Assembly: GCA_002168225.1 (NCBI GenBank)
Contig: NHBH01000001.1
Coordinates: forward strand, 288,188-352,187
DNA from: Micavibrio sp. TMED2
GTDB taxonomy: Bacteria > Pseudomonadota > Alphaproteobacteria > TMED2
Reading direction: 5' to 3'
DNA length: 64,000 nt
A program made the position numbers and the translations under genes. The number at the start of each line of letters is the position of its first letter. Within the stretch, counting starts at the first letter, position 1. Positions 41,344 through 51,160 of this stretch are shown in pieces. Under the pieces are notes generated by a model. The model was given only the letters and a program-made list of their open reading frames with translations, was not told where the DNA came from and did not search any database.

Positions 41344-41901
41344 ATGATGCTCCTCAAGAAAACCGCTTTTGCCCTGATCCTTGCCCTGTTTGCTGTCGCA
41401 CCGGCGCTCTCGAGCGTTCAGGCCCAGACCGGTCTGACGCCGGAACAGCAGGAGCTTATGCAACAGATGCAGAAAATGCAGGAACAGATGCAGGGCTATC
41501 AGAACAATGAACAGCTGCAGGAACAGATGCGCAAGATGCAGGAAATGTTCTCGCAGCAGGGCATGAGCGGATATGATTATCAGGGTGCCATGGGGATGGT
41601 CGGTGCACTGAACAAGTATAATAACTGCATCTCATCCGGCCTCGGTCAGGACTGGCTGCTGTCCATGGGTGCGCGCATGTCGCCTTATATTGAGGAAATT
41701 CAGGGCCTGTGCGAGGCAGGACAATACAGCGCCGCCAAATCATTCGTGATGGATGAGCGCAATGTGAAAACCCTGTTCGATGAGCGTGAAATGCAGGTCA
41801 TGGAGCAATGCCGGGCGCAATTCCCGGATCAGGCCAGCCTCGGCCTCGATGTGCCGAAGGACAAGTCGGGTGAGGAATTATGTCAGGACTTCACGTACTG
41901 A
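41344..41901 (+). CDS. Hypothetical secreted Gln/Met-rich protein
   Basis: Signal peptide MMLLKKTAFALILALFAVAPALSSVQAQ, then a QQ/MQ-rich region and a Cys-containing C-terminal domain. Confidence 0.5.
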   Translation: MMLLKKTAFALILALFAVAPALSSVQAQTGLTPEQQELMQQMQKMQEQMQGYQNNEQLQEQMRKMQEMFSQQGMSGYDYQGAMGMVGALNKYNNCISSGLGQDWLLSMGARMSPYIEEIQGLCEAGQYSAAKSFVMDERNVKTLFDEREMQVMEQCRAQFPDQASLGLDVPKDKSGEELCQDFTY

Positions 41902-41917
41902 TAACAACTCTTGCCAG

Positions 41918-43630
41918 CTAGCGCGATACCCAGAACCGGTACATGGCATCGAACAGATCGGGGCGCTCGGCCTCGAACTGCTGCCAGAGGCTCAGATCAT
42001 TGAGTTTTGACGGGTCATAGTGAGTGGCGAAGGCCTCAAGCACGGCATTGGGCATCTGCATACCCCGGAATTTGAGGCCGAGGCGGTCGAGTTCCGCCGC
42101 TATCTCGGTCAGCTCGGTATCGCGCTCGCGGTTGTGAAACAGCAGATCGCGACAGCCGGGAAGGCTGTAGAAATCGCGGTTATGGGCCAGTGCCCCATGC
42201 AGTAGATGTTGCGGGTCATCAAGAATAATCCGGCGATAGCGGCGAATATCATCATCATTGGCCGGGTCCAGCCCGCGTTTGGCAATATCCGCACGGGCAG
42301 TGGCCACATGGGTTCGGCCCGCCCGGCGATAGAGGCCGAGCTGGATCAGGCCGCCCTCGGCCAGATGATCGGCCAGTGCCGCAAGCCCGGCCCAGGTATC
42401 GGCCATATGATGCAGCACCCCGACGCATTCGATGACGTCATAGCCGCGCGCCGGTTTGAGTGCGGATGGCAAGCGGTCGAGGCGCAGAATATCGGCGCGG
42501 GCGAGGCTTAAATTGCTGGCTCCGAACCGGCGGCGCTGGCGTTCGGCATAAGCGAGCGAGCGCTGGCTGATGTCGATGGCGGTAACCTGTGCCTTGTTGC
42601 CATAGCCGAGGGCTGCCATCAGGGCATGACGCCCGGTGCCACAACCCGCAATCAGGATAGCCAGTTCGCGTGACTGCCAGTTGCCCTCAGGCATGGCGCG
42701 GTGCAGGAGGGCGCGGCGGCTGCCCGGTTGCGGTACGGTCAGGCCAACCCAGCGCGGATAGGGATGTTGTTCATACTGCGCCCGGGTTATCGCGGTCTCA
42801 TCCGCATCATCGCCGACATCAATGATCTCGTCGATCAGGGCCAGTTCGTGCTTATGCTGCGCAATCAGTTCGGCACAGAGCGTATCATCGCCGGTGCCTT
42901 GCCAATCGACCGGATTTTCCACCAGTGCCCGCAACAGATCATCATTGGGGCGCGGCGCGGTTGCTGCGCGCCCGGCATAGTCGGTGAGCCAGTATTGCCG
43001 GGCCAGCGCGCAGGTGAATACCGGGTCGCGGCGGTCGGGATGGGCGAGGATATGGTCGCGGCAGGCGAGCAGGAGCCGCTCCACCGCCGGATCGGCCAGC
43101 ACCGCATGGTTGAGCAGCGCCAGCGCCAGCGGATCATGGCGCGCGGCTTTGCCCTCATCCTGCATCAGTGTGGTTGCCGCCGTTTCGGGCGCTTGTGCGA
43201 AATAATCGCTCCACGGTGCGGTTTCAATCCAGACCGGAATGGCGGCCCCGGCAATCGCCTGCGGGTCGAGATCGGGACGGGTCAGCAGGTCAGCCAGCGT
43301 CTGACGGCTCAGGAGGTCGCGACAGTCGATGGCGTAGCTGCCGAGCAGATGGCCGATATAGCGGGCAGCGGAATCCGCAATCGCCATTGCCTGTGGCAGG
43401 GTCGGGTGATCGCTGGCAAGACGGAATGCTTGTCCGAAATCCTTGAGCGCGTTTGTGCGATTGCCCTGCCGCCACGCGATTTCGGCGGCGGTATGGTGCA
43501 GGGCCGGGTCCTGACCATGGCGCATCAGCAGTTGCTTCAGCGCCTGATCGGCCTGAGCCAGCTGCCCGGCGCGCAGCGCCTGTGCCAGCTGGTTACGCAG
43601 CACTGTATCGTTGATTGCCTGCCGCATCAT
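41918..43630 (-). CDS. TPR-like N-terminal domain fused to a class I SAM-dependent methyltransferase
   Basis: Motif I ILIAGCGTGRHALMAALGYG and post-I acidic residue (VTAIDIS). N-terminal helical repeat region. Confidence 0.65.
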   Translation of the reverse strand: MMRQAINDTVLRNQLAQALRAGQLAQADQALKQLLMRHGQDPALHHTAAEIAWRQGNRTNALKDFGQAFRLASDHPTLPQAMAIADSAARYIGHLLGSYAIDCRDLLSRQTLADLLTRPDLDPQAIAGAAIPVWIETAPWSDYFAQAPETAATTLMQDEGKAARHDPLALALLNHAVLADPAVERLLLACRDHILAHPDRRDPVFTCALARQYWLTDYAGRAATAPRPNDDLLRALVENPVDWQGTGDDTLCAELIAQHKHELALIDEIIDVGDDADETAITRAQYEQHPYPRWVGLTVPQPGSRRALLHRAMPEGNWQSRELAILIAGCGTGRHALMAALGYGNKAQVTAIDISQRSLAYAERQRRRFGASNLSLARADILRLDRLPSALKPARGYDVIECVGVLHHMADTWAGLAALADHLAEGGLIQLGLYRRAGRTHVATARADIAKRGLDPANDDDIRRYRRIILDDPQHLLHGALAHNRDFYSLPGCRDLLFHNRERDTELTEIAAELDRLGLKFRGMQMPNAVLEAFATHYDPSKLNDLSLWQQFEAERPDLFDAMYRFWVSR

Positions 43631-43649
43631 GGTTGGCCGGGTCGCCTTG

Positions 43650-44183
43650 TTATTTGATCAGTTGCAGGGCGTCGCGGAATTTCGGGTTTTCGGCATCTTC
43701 GAGCCATTCAAACACCACTTGCTCGACCGTGGCGATGCGGATGCCGTGGCGCGCCATGGCGGCAATGGCAATATCCCGGTCCATGGTGCGTCGGGAGCCG
43801 ACCGCATCGACGGCGACCGTGACCTTGTAGCCCCGGTCAGCGAGGCTGACAGCGGTTTGGAACACACAGATATGTGCCTCGACACCGGCGATGATGACCT
43901 GTTCATGCCCCTGTGGCCAGGCGGCAAACAGGCTTTCGGTTCGGCAGGCATCGAAGGTGGTTTTCTGTATCGTGTAATCGGCGTTTGCTTCGATATCGGG
44001 TTCGAGCGCGCCGATCTTGTCCGGGCAATGCTCGGTGGCGACAACCGGCACATCCATCAGGTTGGCCAGCTTGGCCAGCCGCAAAGTGTGGTCCAGAACC
44101 CGGATGTGATTATCAATCGCCGGCATCAGTTTCAGTTGCAGGTCAACCAACAGCACCAGTGATCGTTTTTTCTCAAGCAGCAT
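43650..44183 (-). CDS. Isochorismatase-family cysteine hydrolase (YcaC-like)
   Basis: SLVLLVDLQLKLMPAI…VVATEHCPD…AGVEAHICVFQTAVSL: D–K–C triad context. Confidence 0.8.
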   Translation of the reverse strand: MLLEKKRSLVLLVDLQLKLMPAIDNHIRVLDHTLRLAKLANLMDVPVVATEHCPDKIGALEPDIEANADYTIQKTTFDACRTESLFAAWPQGHEQVIIAGVEAHICVFQTAVSLADRGYKVTVAVDAVGSRRTMDRDIAIAAMARHGIRIATVEQVVFEWLEDAENPKFRDALQLIK

Positions 44184-44326
44184 GGATACAGTTCCCGATA
44201 TCTCGTGTTATTCGCACCATATCCAAGGCTTTAGCATCATCAAATCTCGCGTGATACCTAGATTTAGCTGCTGAAGGGCGATATTTCAGATATGTCGGAT
44301 ACTCGCAAGACAGGCAGGAAACAGGA

Positions 44327-45487
44327 ATGACAATCGGCAAAGCCCTGGATCGACACGCAATCGGTGCCATCAGATACGTTCTTATAATGGCGCTGACCGC
44401 CATGTTCCTGTCGGTTGGTATGGCCGCATCTGCGCAGTTCACCACACCGGAGACCGGGCCCAGCGTCTATCCCGGCGATGTACCGCGCGGGCGGATGATC
44501 GCCTTTATCCTGCAACAGGAAGAGGCCGCCCCTTCCGCGCTTGAGCTGCAGGAGACGATAGACGCAAGCCTGCCTGAAGTTTTCGGCAAGACCTCTAATT
44601 TCATCAATGGCAGCGATGAGCAGCAACGGGTTGAGGCCGATCAGATCAAGGCCCGGACACGTGAGAGTTTCCCGATTGTCGAGGGCGGCGAGCCGATCCT
44701 GTTTCGGGTATTTGACGTACCGGTCCTGATCGTGCCTGCTGCCCGGCCATTGCCGCGTGCGGAGTTTGCCGCCGACTGGCAATCACGGCGACAATTCCCG
44801 AATGCTCCGGAAGTGCTGGAGCAGCATCAGGCCCATACCATCATCTTTGCCCTGAATGATCCCAAGACCACCGCCGAGCAGGTACGGGCCGCCGAGGCGG
44901 TCAGTGTTGTGGCCACAGCCTTTGCCAGTGGCGCGAATACGCTCGGGATTCATTGGGGTGAGGCCGATCTGGCCATTCCGCCCGCCGCCATGGTCGAGGC
45001 GTTCCAGAAAGCGAAATCGGATGCCGAGGCAGCAAAGGCGGCGAACCAGCCGGTCAAGCCGCTTTGGCACCGCCTGTTGACCATGTGGGTCAATATCCGG
45101 CCGGTGACAACAGATGTGTTCCGTGCTGCCTATGGCCAGAGTCTGGCGCAGAAGCTGGGTGAGGATATTCCGAATGATGCGGTTGGTTTTGTGACCAAGG
45201 GTCTGGCCGGGTTTATCGGTCGGGAGATCGAATTGATTCCGTCGGGCCGTCCGGCGCCGGAACAGGCGCTGGTGCTGGTCAACCTGCTCGCCTATCTGCT
45301 CGATCAGGGGCAGGTGTTCAAGGATGACGACACGCTCGGTTTTACCGAGGAGCGCACGATTGTCGCCAATATCGTCGAGGCCAGCAAACTGCCGGGTATG
45401 GGCGATACGCCGATCCTGCGCCTCAGCTATATGGTTGAGGGCGAGGCAGCGGAAACACTGACACCGGCGGCAGGCTCAGCGAACTGA
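44327..45487 (+). CDS. Hypothetical secreted protein
   Basis: N-terminal hydrophobic signal/anchor (VLIMALTAMFLSVGMAASAQ). No recognised motif. Confidence 0.45.
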   Translation: MTIGKALDRHAIGAIRYVLIMALTAMFLSVGMAASAQFTTPETGPSVYPGDVPRGRMIAFILQQEEAAPSALELQETIDASLPEVFGKTSNFINGSDEQQRVEADQIKARTRESFPIVEGGEPILFRVFDVPVLIVPAARPLPRAEFAADWQSRRQFPNAPEVLEQHQAHTIIFALNDPKTTAEQVRAAEAVSVVATAFASGANTLGIHWGEADLAIPPAAMVEAFQKAKSDAEAAKAANQPVKPLWHRLLTMWVNIRPVTTDVFRAAYGQSLAQKLGEDIPNDAVGFVTKGLAGFIGREIELIPSGRPAPEQALVLVNLLAYLLDQGQVFKDDDTLGFTEERTIVANIVEASKLPGMGDTPILRLSYMVEGEAAETLTPAAGSAN

Positions 45488-45491
45488 CCGG

Positions 45492-46175
45492 TCAGCCCGC
45501 CATACGCGGGACAGAGCGCAGATCAGGGCCGAGACCGACAAAGGCCGCAACCTTCGGATCGTCGAGGCTCTCGACAATCAGATCGGCATTTTTGTTGATC
45601 AGCTTCGGGTCTTTCTGGATCTGGATCACGGTCATGCCCGCTGCCTTGGCGGCGGCAACACCGACCGGGCTGTCCTCGAGCACCAGAATATCCTTCGGAT
45701 CGATGCCGAATTTGTCGGCACCCATCAGATAACCATCCGGTGCCGGTTTCGGGCGTGGGAAATCCTCGACCGACAGGGTGAACTGCACCAGATCAGCCTG
45801 ATTGCCGAGACGACCGATATTGATATCGGCTTCGGTTTTCTGGGCATTGGTCACGGCGGCGATTTTCATGCCGGCCTGATCGGCCTTGGCGAGAAACGGT
45901 TTGACGCCGGGCAGTACCTTCACCTTGTCCGAATGCAGGACGTAATAGGCGGCGAGCCGGTCGGCCCAGTCCTGATAGGAGATGTCCTGATTGAACCGGG
46001 ATTTCAGTTCTTCATATTTGTCCTTGAGAGCCACCCCGACACCGCCTTCGATCTCTTCCGGGGAAAATTCAACCCCGAGCTGGCGATTGATGGCGACAAA
46101 GCCGTCGCGGTGCACATCCTCGCTGTCCGTCAGCGTGCCGTCGATATCTGATAGGATTGCCTTGAAGCGTGCCAT
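45492..46175 (-). CDS. HAD-family hydrolase (phosphatase, subfamily IA), paralogue 1
   Basis: Motif I LSDIDGTLTDSE, motif II AAVTNAQK, motif III/IV K…LEDSPVG. Confidence 0.75.
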   Translation of the reverse strand: MARFKAILSDIDGTLTDSEDVHRDGFVAINRQLGVEFSPEEIEGGVGVALKDKYEELKSRFNQDISYQDWADRLAAYYVLHSDKVKVLPGVKPFLAKADQAGMKIAAVTNAQKTEADINIGRLGNQADLVQFTLSVEDFPRPKPAPDGYLMGADKFGIDPKDILVLEDSPVGVAAAKAAGMTVIQIQKDPKLINKNADLIVESLDDPKVAAFVGLGPDLRSVPRMAG

Positions 46176-46301
46176 GACGCGATCCAGTACAGTTGCGGTT
46201 TCGATGCTTACAGGCTCGGTTCAATAGATGAAAGTGGCGACTGGAAACATCCCATAAGCTACTGATGTAACAAATGTTTTATGAAAAATGGTGTATCCGG
46301 A

Positions 46302-47507
46302 TTATGGCACGCGGCGATGGCGTGTGGCAGGTGCCGGAGACGCGCTCCGGTCATTGGCGGGCGGCATGCCCTGCCAGTCGGTCGCGGCGGGTGAGGTGCC
46401 GGGTTTGACCCCTGCCCCGGCATCGGGCCCACTGCTCAGGCGACGCGCCATACCGGGATCGGGATTGGGCCGATCCTGCGTTGCCTTGACAGATTTGGCT
46501 GGTGCGGGCGCTGTGCTGCCGCGTTGCTGCTCCAGAAACGCATTGACCTGACCCCAGAGTTTCTCGCGGGTGGTGTCGCTCTCCATCCACGGCGAATGAC
46601 CGACCCGGCGGTAATAATGCAGGGTGGCATTGGGCAGATGCTGTGCCGCGCGGATGATCGCTTTCGGATTGACCAGATCATCGAGCCGTCCGGCCACCAG
46701 CATGACCGGGGTCTTGATCTGTTTCAGGTACTTGGGATCGCGCAGCACCGACATGGATCGACAGGCCTCGACAAACCATCCGGCGGTGGCGCCGCCCATG
46801 CGCTTGTCCGGCATGTCGCGGTAAAACAGATCCTGCAGGCTCTGCCGGATGACCCGTTCATTGATCTTGTCTTCCCTGATATCGCCGAATGCCTTGGCTT
46901 CGTTCCAGTCGCCTTCGCCGGGCATATAGCGGAATTTGTCGAAATAGCTGACTACCCTGGCGACCTGACGTGCGACCCATTGGGGCACGATCCCGGTCTT
47001 GATCTCCAGCATCGGTGAGGTGATGACGGCATTATCGACCCGGCCCGGATAATCATGCAGATAGCGCAGCGCGATGTTGCCACCCATGGAATGGGCGTGC
47101 AGCGTCTTCGGAATGCCGGGGTGGCGCTCTTCTATCTTTGCCACCTCGGTGATGAATTGTTCGAGGTCGGCGGCATCATGTTCATAGCCCTGCGCGCCCG
47201 GTCGTTGTGGCAGGTTTTTGTTGTAGCGCTGGGAGCCGCCCTGCCCGCGCCAGTCCATGGTATAGACGATCTCACCGCGTTCCTGATGCTCGCGGATGCG
47301 CTCGTAATAGCGTTCGGTGCTCTCGCGGAAGCCGGTAACCAGAACCACAACGCCGGTCGGTTTGCCATCAACCAGCCGGTCAGCCGGTGGCGGGGCCACG
47401 GCATAGCGAATGGCGGCACCGTCGGCATTTTTGAAATGCCCGTACTCAAGCCCATCGGGCGGGGTTGCCATCCGTGGATCAATATCGCGCAAACGGGGTG
47501 CGGACAT
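46302..47507 (-). CDS. Alpha/beta hydrolase (lysophospholipase/PldB-like), paralogue 1, with Pro/Ala-rich C-terminal tail
   Basis: GXSXG nucleophile elbow HAHSMGGNIALRY and catalytic His near RRVGHSPWME. Confidence 0.7.
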   Translation of the reverse strand: MSAPRLRDIDPRMATPPDGLEYGHFKNADGAAIRYAVAPPPADRLVDGKPTGVVVLVTGFRESTERYYERIREHQERGEIVYTMDWRGQGGSQRYNKNLPQRPGAQGYEHDAADLEQFITEVAKIEERHPGIPKTLHAHSMGGNIALRYLHDYPGRVDNAVITSPMLEIKTGIVPQWVARQVARVVSYFDKFRYMPGEGDWNEAKAFGDIREDKINERVIRQSLQDLFYRDMPDKRMGGATAGWFVEACRSMSVLRDPKYLKQIKTPVMLVAGRLDDLVNPKAIIRAAQHLPNATLHYYRRVGHSPWMESDTTREKLWGQVNAFLEQQRGSTAPAPAKSVKATQDRPNPDPGMARRLSSGPDAGAGVKPGTSPAATDWQGMPPANDRSASPAPATRHRRVP

Positions 47508-47632
47508 AGGCCGGTTTTTGCTCTCTGGTGTCTCTGTTCAGGTGGCGAGCGGTTGGTTCCACCCTGCCCCATACCGGCAATTATGGCATAATGTGTTGAA
47601 AGTTCTGAGCTTCCGGCGATTGTGCGGGCGCG

Positions 47633-48892
47633 CTACAGGGTCGGTCTGTGCGGTGTCTTGGCTGCCGGGTCGGGACCCGTGGCGCGGTTCTTCCGCCAGT
47701 TGCTGATCAGCAGCTTGTCATCGAGGTCATCGCCAAGAGACAGGCTGTCGATCATCTGCTCGGCATCCTGCTCGCTCTGGACCAGCCGGACGCTCTGAAC
47801 CGTTTCCACCGTCACGGTCTTGCCGTCCCGGAAGCGGTCGGCGATCGCCATCAGGAAGCGGGTCTTGCCACTCATTTCGAGGCTGCCGGGCACGGTATAG
47901 CGGCTGTCGCGGACATTGGCACCGGTCGCGGTCAGGTGGTTGGAGCCATCGGGCAGTTCGGCAGCGGCAGCGATATCGTCATCGCTCAGACGGATGCTGC
48001 CGATGGTTTCAGTGATCTTGCGGGCATCGGGATCGGGAAAGCCGTCGGCCTGCTGTGCCGCGAGCACGGTAAGCAACGTGGCATAGGTCTGGACCCGCTG
48101 GCGGTCATAGACATCGAGGTAATCACGGTCGATGAAATGCGCATCATGGGCGGCGCGTCTGGCGCGGCCATCGGTGGCGGCATCCTTGTCCGCCTGAAAT
48201 GTCAGGGCAAAATCGCGGGTGGCATGAAGATCGGCATTATGGATGGCAATACCGCGCCAGACGCTGTTATCGCCCGCCTTCATGGTGTCGAAGGCAAATT
48301 GCACCGAGGTAGCATTGGCTGCTGCTTCCATATGCCGGTCGAGCAGGATGCGGTCATCAAGCCGGACAGCCACGTTATCAATACCCATAGGCAGATTGGC
48401 AAAGCGTGGCCCCATATGGGCGTGCTGCTGGGCATGGGTCAGTTCATGGGCCGAGACATAGGCCATGACCGATATGTATTCGTCGTTGTCAGCCGGGATT
48501 TTCTGGGCACTGTTATAAACCGTTTGCCGGTTCAGGGTGCCGTATTTGCCATAAATACTGCCCCGCATGGCGCTATAGCCGTAGGTAACGCCGCCTTCAC
48601 GAGCGCGCTCAAGCAAGCCGCGGCCCAGCGCGCTTTTGGCCAGTTTGTCCTGAACAGCGACGATGGCCTTGGCCTGTGGTCGCGGCAGATCGGCGAGATA
48701 GCGGTCGCTTTCGGCCAGGCTGGTCGGGATGCCATCGGGATTGGCCCAGACGCCATGCTTGAACGGGCCAGAGGCTTTCAGGCTGTTCGGCGTTTCGCGC
48801 AGGCTGTCGATCAGTGCCCGGTGGTCACGGTCGGTATAGCCGCCCTGTTGCAGGCGCTCGCGGATCGTATGTGTGCCTGATGCAGCTGCCAT
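47633..48892 (-). CDS. Hypothetical protein with HExxH motif (candidate zinc metallopeptidase-like), sandwiched between the paralogous hydrolase pairs
   Basis: YVSAHELTHAQQHAH. Diverse amino-acid composition supports coding on the minus strand. The + strand ORF 47648..48880 is a GC-type antisense artefact. Confidence 0.5.
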   Translation of the reverse strand: MAAASGTHTIRERLQQGGYTDRDHRALIDSLRETPNSLKASGPFKHGVWANPDGIPTSLAESDRYLADLPRPQAKAIVAVQDKLAKSALGRGLLERAREGGVTYGYSAMRGSIYGKYGTLNRQTVYNSAQKIPADNDEYISVMAYVSAHELTHAQQHAHMGPRFANLPMGIDNVAVRLDDRILLDRHMEAAANATSVQFAFDTMKAGDNSVWRGIAIHNADLHATRDFALTFQADKDAATDGRARRAAHDAHFIDRDYLDVYDRQRVQTYATLLTVLAAQQADGFPDPDARKITETIGSIRLSDDDIAAAAELPDGSNHLTATGANVRDSRYTVPGSLEMSGKTRFLMAIADRFRDGKTVTVETVQSVRLVQSEQDAEQMIDSLSLGDDLDDKLLISNWRKNRATGPDPAAKTPHRPTL

Positions 48893-49011
48893 CTGAATTG
48901 CCCGGCTGGTTGCATGGTTGTCTGATTACCAGTGCAACCCTGCCGATGCCGAAGGAAAGCGCCAAAGATTTCGTAAATTTGGTTGTCTTGTCAGGTGGGT
49001 GTCTTGTCAGA

Positions 49012-50196
49012 TCAGGCGGTGAGCCGCGGCAGCCGTTGCGGGCGCAGGATCGGCACCGGCATGGTGGCAGGATCAATCACTGGCGGGGCTGGACGCTTAT
49101 GATGTTCAGGCCCGCTCGGCAATCTGACTTGTTTCGATGCTGGTGCCGTGCAGGCATTGTCATTGGCGCAGCAGTCTTTGGTTGTATTCGGCACCGGTAT
49201 GGGGATGCCCAATGTCCGGTTCAGGAACCGGTCGGTCAGGTTCCAGAGCCGATCGCGAATGCTGTCATGCTCCATCCAGAGCGAGTGCAGCCCGTCCTTG
49301 AAATGTTCCACCTGAACATTGGGCAGATGCTTGGCTGCCTTGTGGGTGGCGCTGGTGGAGACCAGCTTGTCGCGCCCGGCGGTGGCGAGAAAGATCGGGG
49401 TCCTGATCTCGGACAGAAACTTCGGGTCGCGGACGATGGCAATGGATCGGAATGCCTCGCGCAGCCAGGCAAAGGTCGGTCCGCCCATGCGGTTTTCCGG
49501 CATGTCGCGATAGAACAGGGTTTGCAGGTTCTGTCTGATTTCGCGGTTGCAGTTGATCCGCTGCAGGCTTTTCAGCTCGCGCTCATGCCAGTCGCCGGTA
49601 CCGGGCAGGTAACGATCCCCCGCACCGAAATATTCGGCGATCTTGCTGATCTGGCGCGCGGCCCATGGCGGCATCCAGCCGGTGCGTATCTGCATCATTG
49701 GTGCCGTAATGACAGCGGCATCCATCTGGTCCTGATGCTCATGCAGATAGCGCAGCGCCAGATTGCCACCCATGGAATGGGCGAACAGCGTGACGGGTGC
49801 GTCCTGACCATAGCGCTGTTTCGGCTTGATGACCTCGGTGACGAATTGCGAGAGGTCGGCCACATCATTCTCATAGCCCTGCGCATTCGGGCGTTGTGGC
49901 AGATCCGGGTTATAGCGCTGTGACCCCCCCTGCCCGCGCCAGTCCATGGCGTGCACGGCATAGCCGCGTTCGGACAGATCGCGCATCAGTTCGAAATAGC
50001 GTTCGATACTCTCCCGGAACCCGGTGACCACCACCGCGACACCAACCGGTTTGCCATTGATCATTTTACCAGCTGCCGGGGGAACCATTGCATGGCGGAT
50101 GCTGGCACCATCGGCATTCTTGAAATTGTCGAATTCGAGACCCGGTGGTGGTGTCACAATCCGGGGGTCAATAGCGTTCAGTAGCGGCGCTGACAT
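49012..50196 (-). CDS. Alpha/beta hydrolase (lysophospholipase-like), paralogue 2
   Basis: FAHSMGGNLALRY. ~50% identity to 46302..47507 by eye across the full length. Confidence 0.7.
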   Translation of the reverse strand: MSAPLLNAIDPRIVTPPPGLEFDNFKNADGASIRHAMVPPAAGKMINGKPVGVAVVVTGFRESIERYFELMRDLSERGYAVHAMDWRGQGGSQRYNPDLPQRPNAQGYENDVADLSQFVTEVIKPKQRYGQDAPVTLFAHSMGGNLALRYLHEHQDQMDAAVITAPMMQIRTGWMPPWAARQISKIAEYFGAGDRYLPGTGDWHERELKSLQRINCNREIRQNLQTLFYRDMPENRMGGPTFAWLREAFRSIAIVRDPKFLSEIRTPIFLATAGRDKLVSTSATHKAAKHLPNVQVEHFKDGLHSLWMEHDSIRDRLWNLTDRFLNRTLGIPIPVPNTTKDCCANDNACTAPASKQVRLPSGPEHHKRPAPPVIDPATMPVPILRPQRLPRLTA

Positions 50197-50259
50197 ATGC
50201 TGTTTTAGTGGGTTTCAGGGTGAGATAACGATGCTTATACCTTCGGATTCAGCCAGCAA

Positions 50260-50979
50260 TCATGCGGCTTTGCCGAGGCCCGGACGGGCGTTCGGGTTGG
50301 GGCGGAAACCGACCAGATTGGCGACCCGTGGATCGTCGAGACGGGTCACGACGAGGTCGGCATCGGGGTGCACATGTTTCGGATCGGACTGGATCTGGAT
50401 CACGGTCAGCCCTGCCCGCTTGGCCGCCTCGACACCGACGAGGCTATCCTCAAGTGCGATAATCTGGCGACGATCCTCGGCACTGGTCAGCCCCATTTTT
50501 TCGGCTGCGAGCAGATAGCTTGCCGGGGATGGTTTGCCCTCGGCGACATCATCAATGGCGACGACAAATTCCAGATGACGACGATCTGCACCAAGGCTCG
50601 ACAGGGCCACCTCACCGATATCGCGCTGGGAATTGGTTACGGCTGCCTGGCGCATCCCGGCCTCGGCGGCACGGTTCAGAAATTCCCTGGCACCAGGCAT
50701 GGGTTCGATCTGCCGCCAATGGGTCAGAAAATAGGCCGAGAGCTGTTCACGGAACTCGGCTTCATTGACCGTGGCATTCGGATTGTTACGGCGGGCTTCA
50801 TCGCGGACCAGCTCGAAACGCTTTTTGGCACCTTTGCCATTGATGTCATCGAGTTGCTGATCGGTGAGCGCAACACCGTAATAGGCTTTTGCGACCTGTT
50901 TGAGCGCGTCGCGGTGCACGTTTTCGCTACGTGCCATGGTGCCGTCAATATCGGTCAGCACCGCTCGAAATCTGGACAT
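50260..50979 (-). CDS. HAD-family hydrolase, paralogue 2
   Basis: LTDIDGTMARSE, AAVTNSQR, ALEDSLVG. Paralogous to 45492..46175. Confidence 0.75.
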   Translation of the reverse strand: MSRFRAVLTDIDGTMARSENVHRDALKQVAKAYYGVALTDQQLDDINGKGAKKRFELVRDEARRNNPNATVNEAEFREQLSAYFLTHWRQIEPMPGAREFLNRAAEAGMRQAAVTNSQRDIGEVALSSLGADRRHLEFVVAIDDVAEGKPSPASYLLAAEKMGLTSAEDRRQIIALEDSLVGVEAAKRAGLTVIQIQSDPKHVHPDADLVVTRLDDPRVANLVGFRPNPNARPGLGKAA

Positions 50980-51160
50980 TGGAAGTCATTTCCATTGCTA
51001 CGGGACCAGTTCATGGCCTTACCGTCGCTGCGGATAATGAAAACCGGGAGTGATTACTAGCTACCGACAGATGATTTAACCTAACTGAAACAATGGGTTA
51101 GGCAAGTTGATTGTCGGGTTTCACAGTGGTCTTGCGCTGGCCGGCTCAGGGCGAGCCGGA

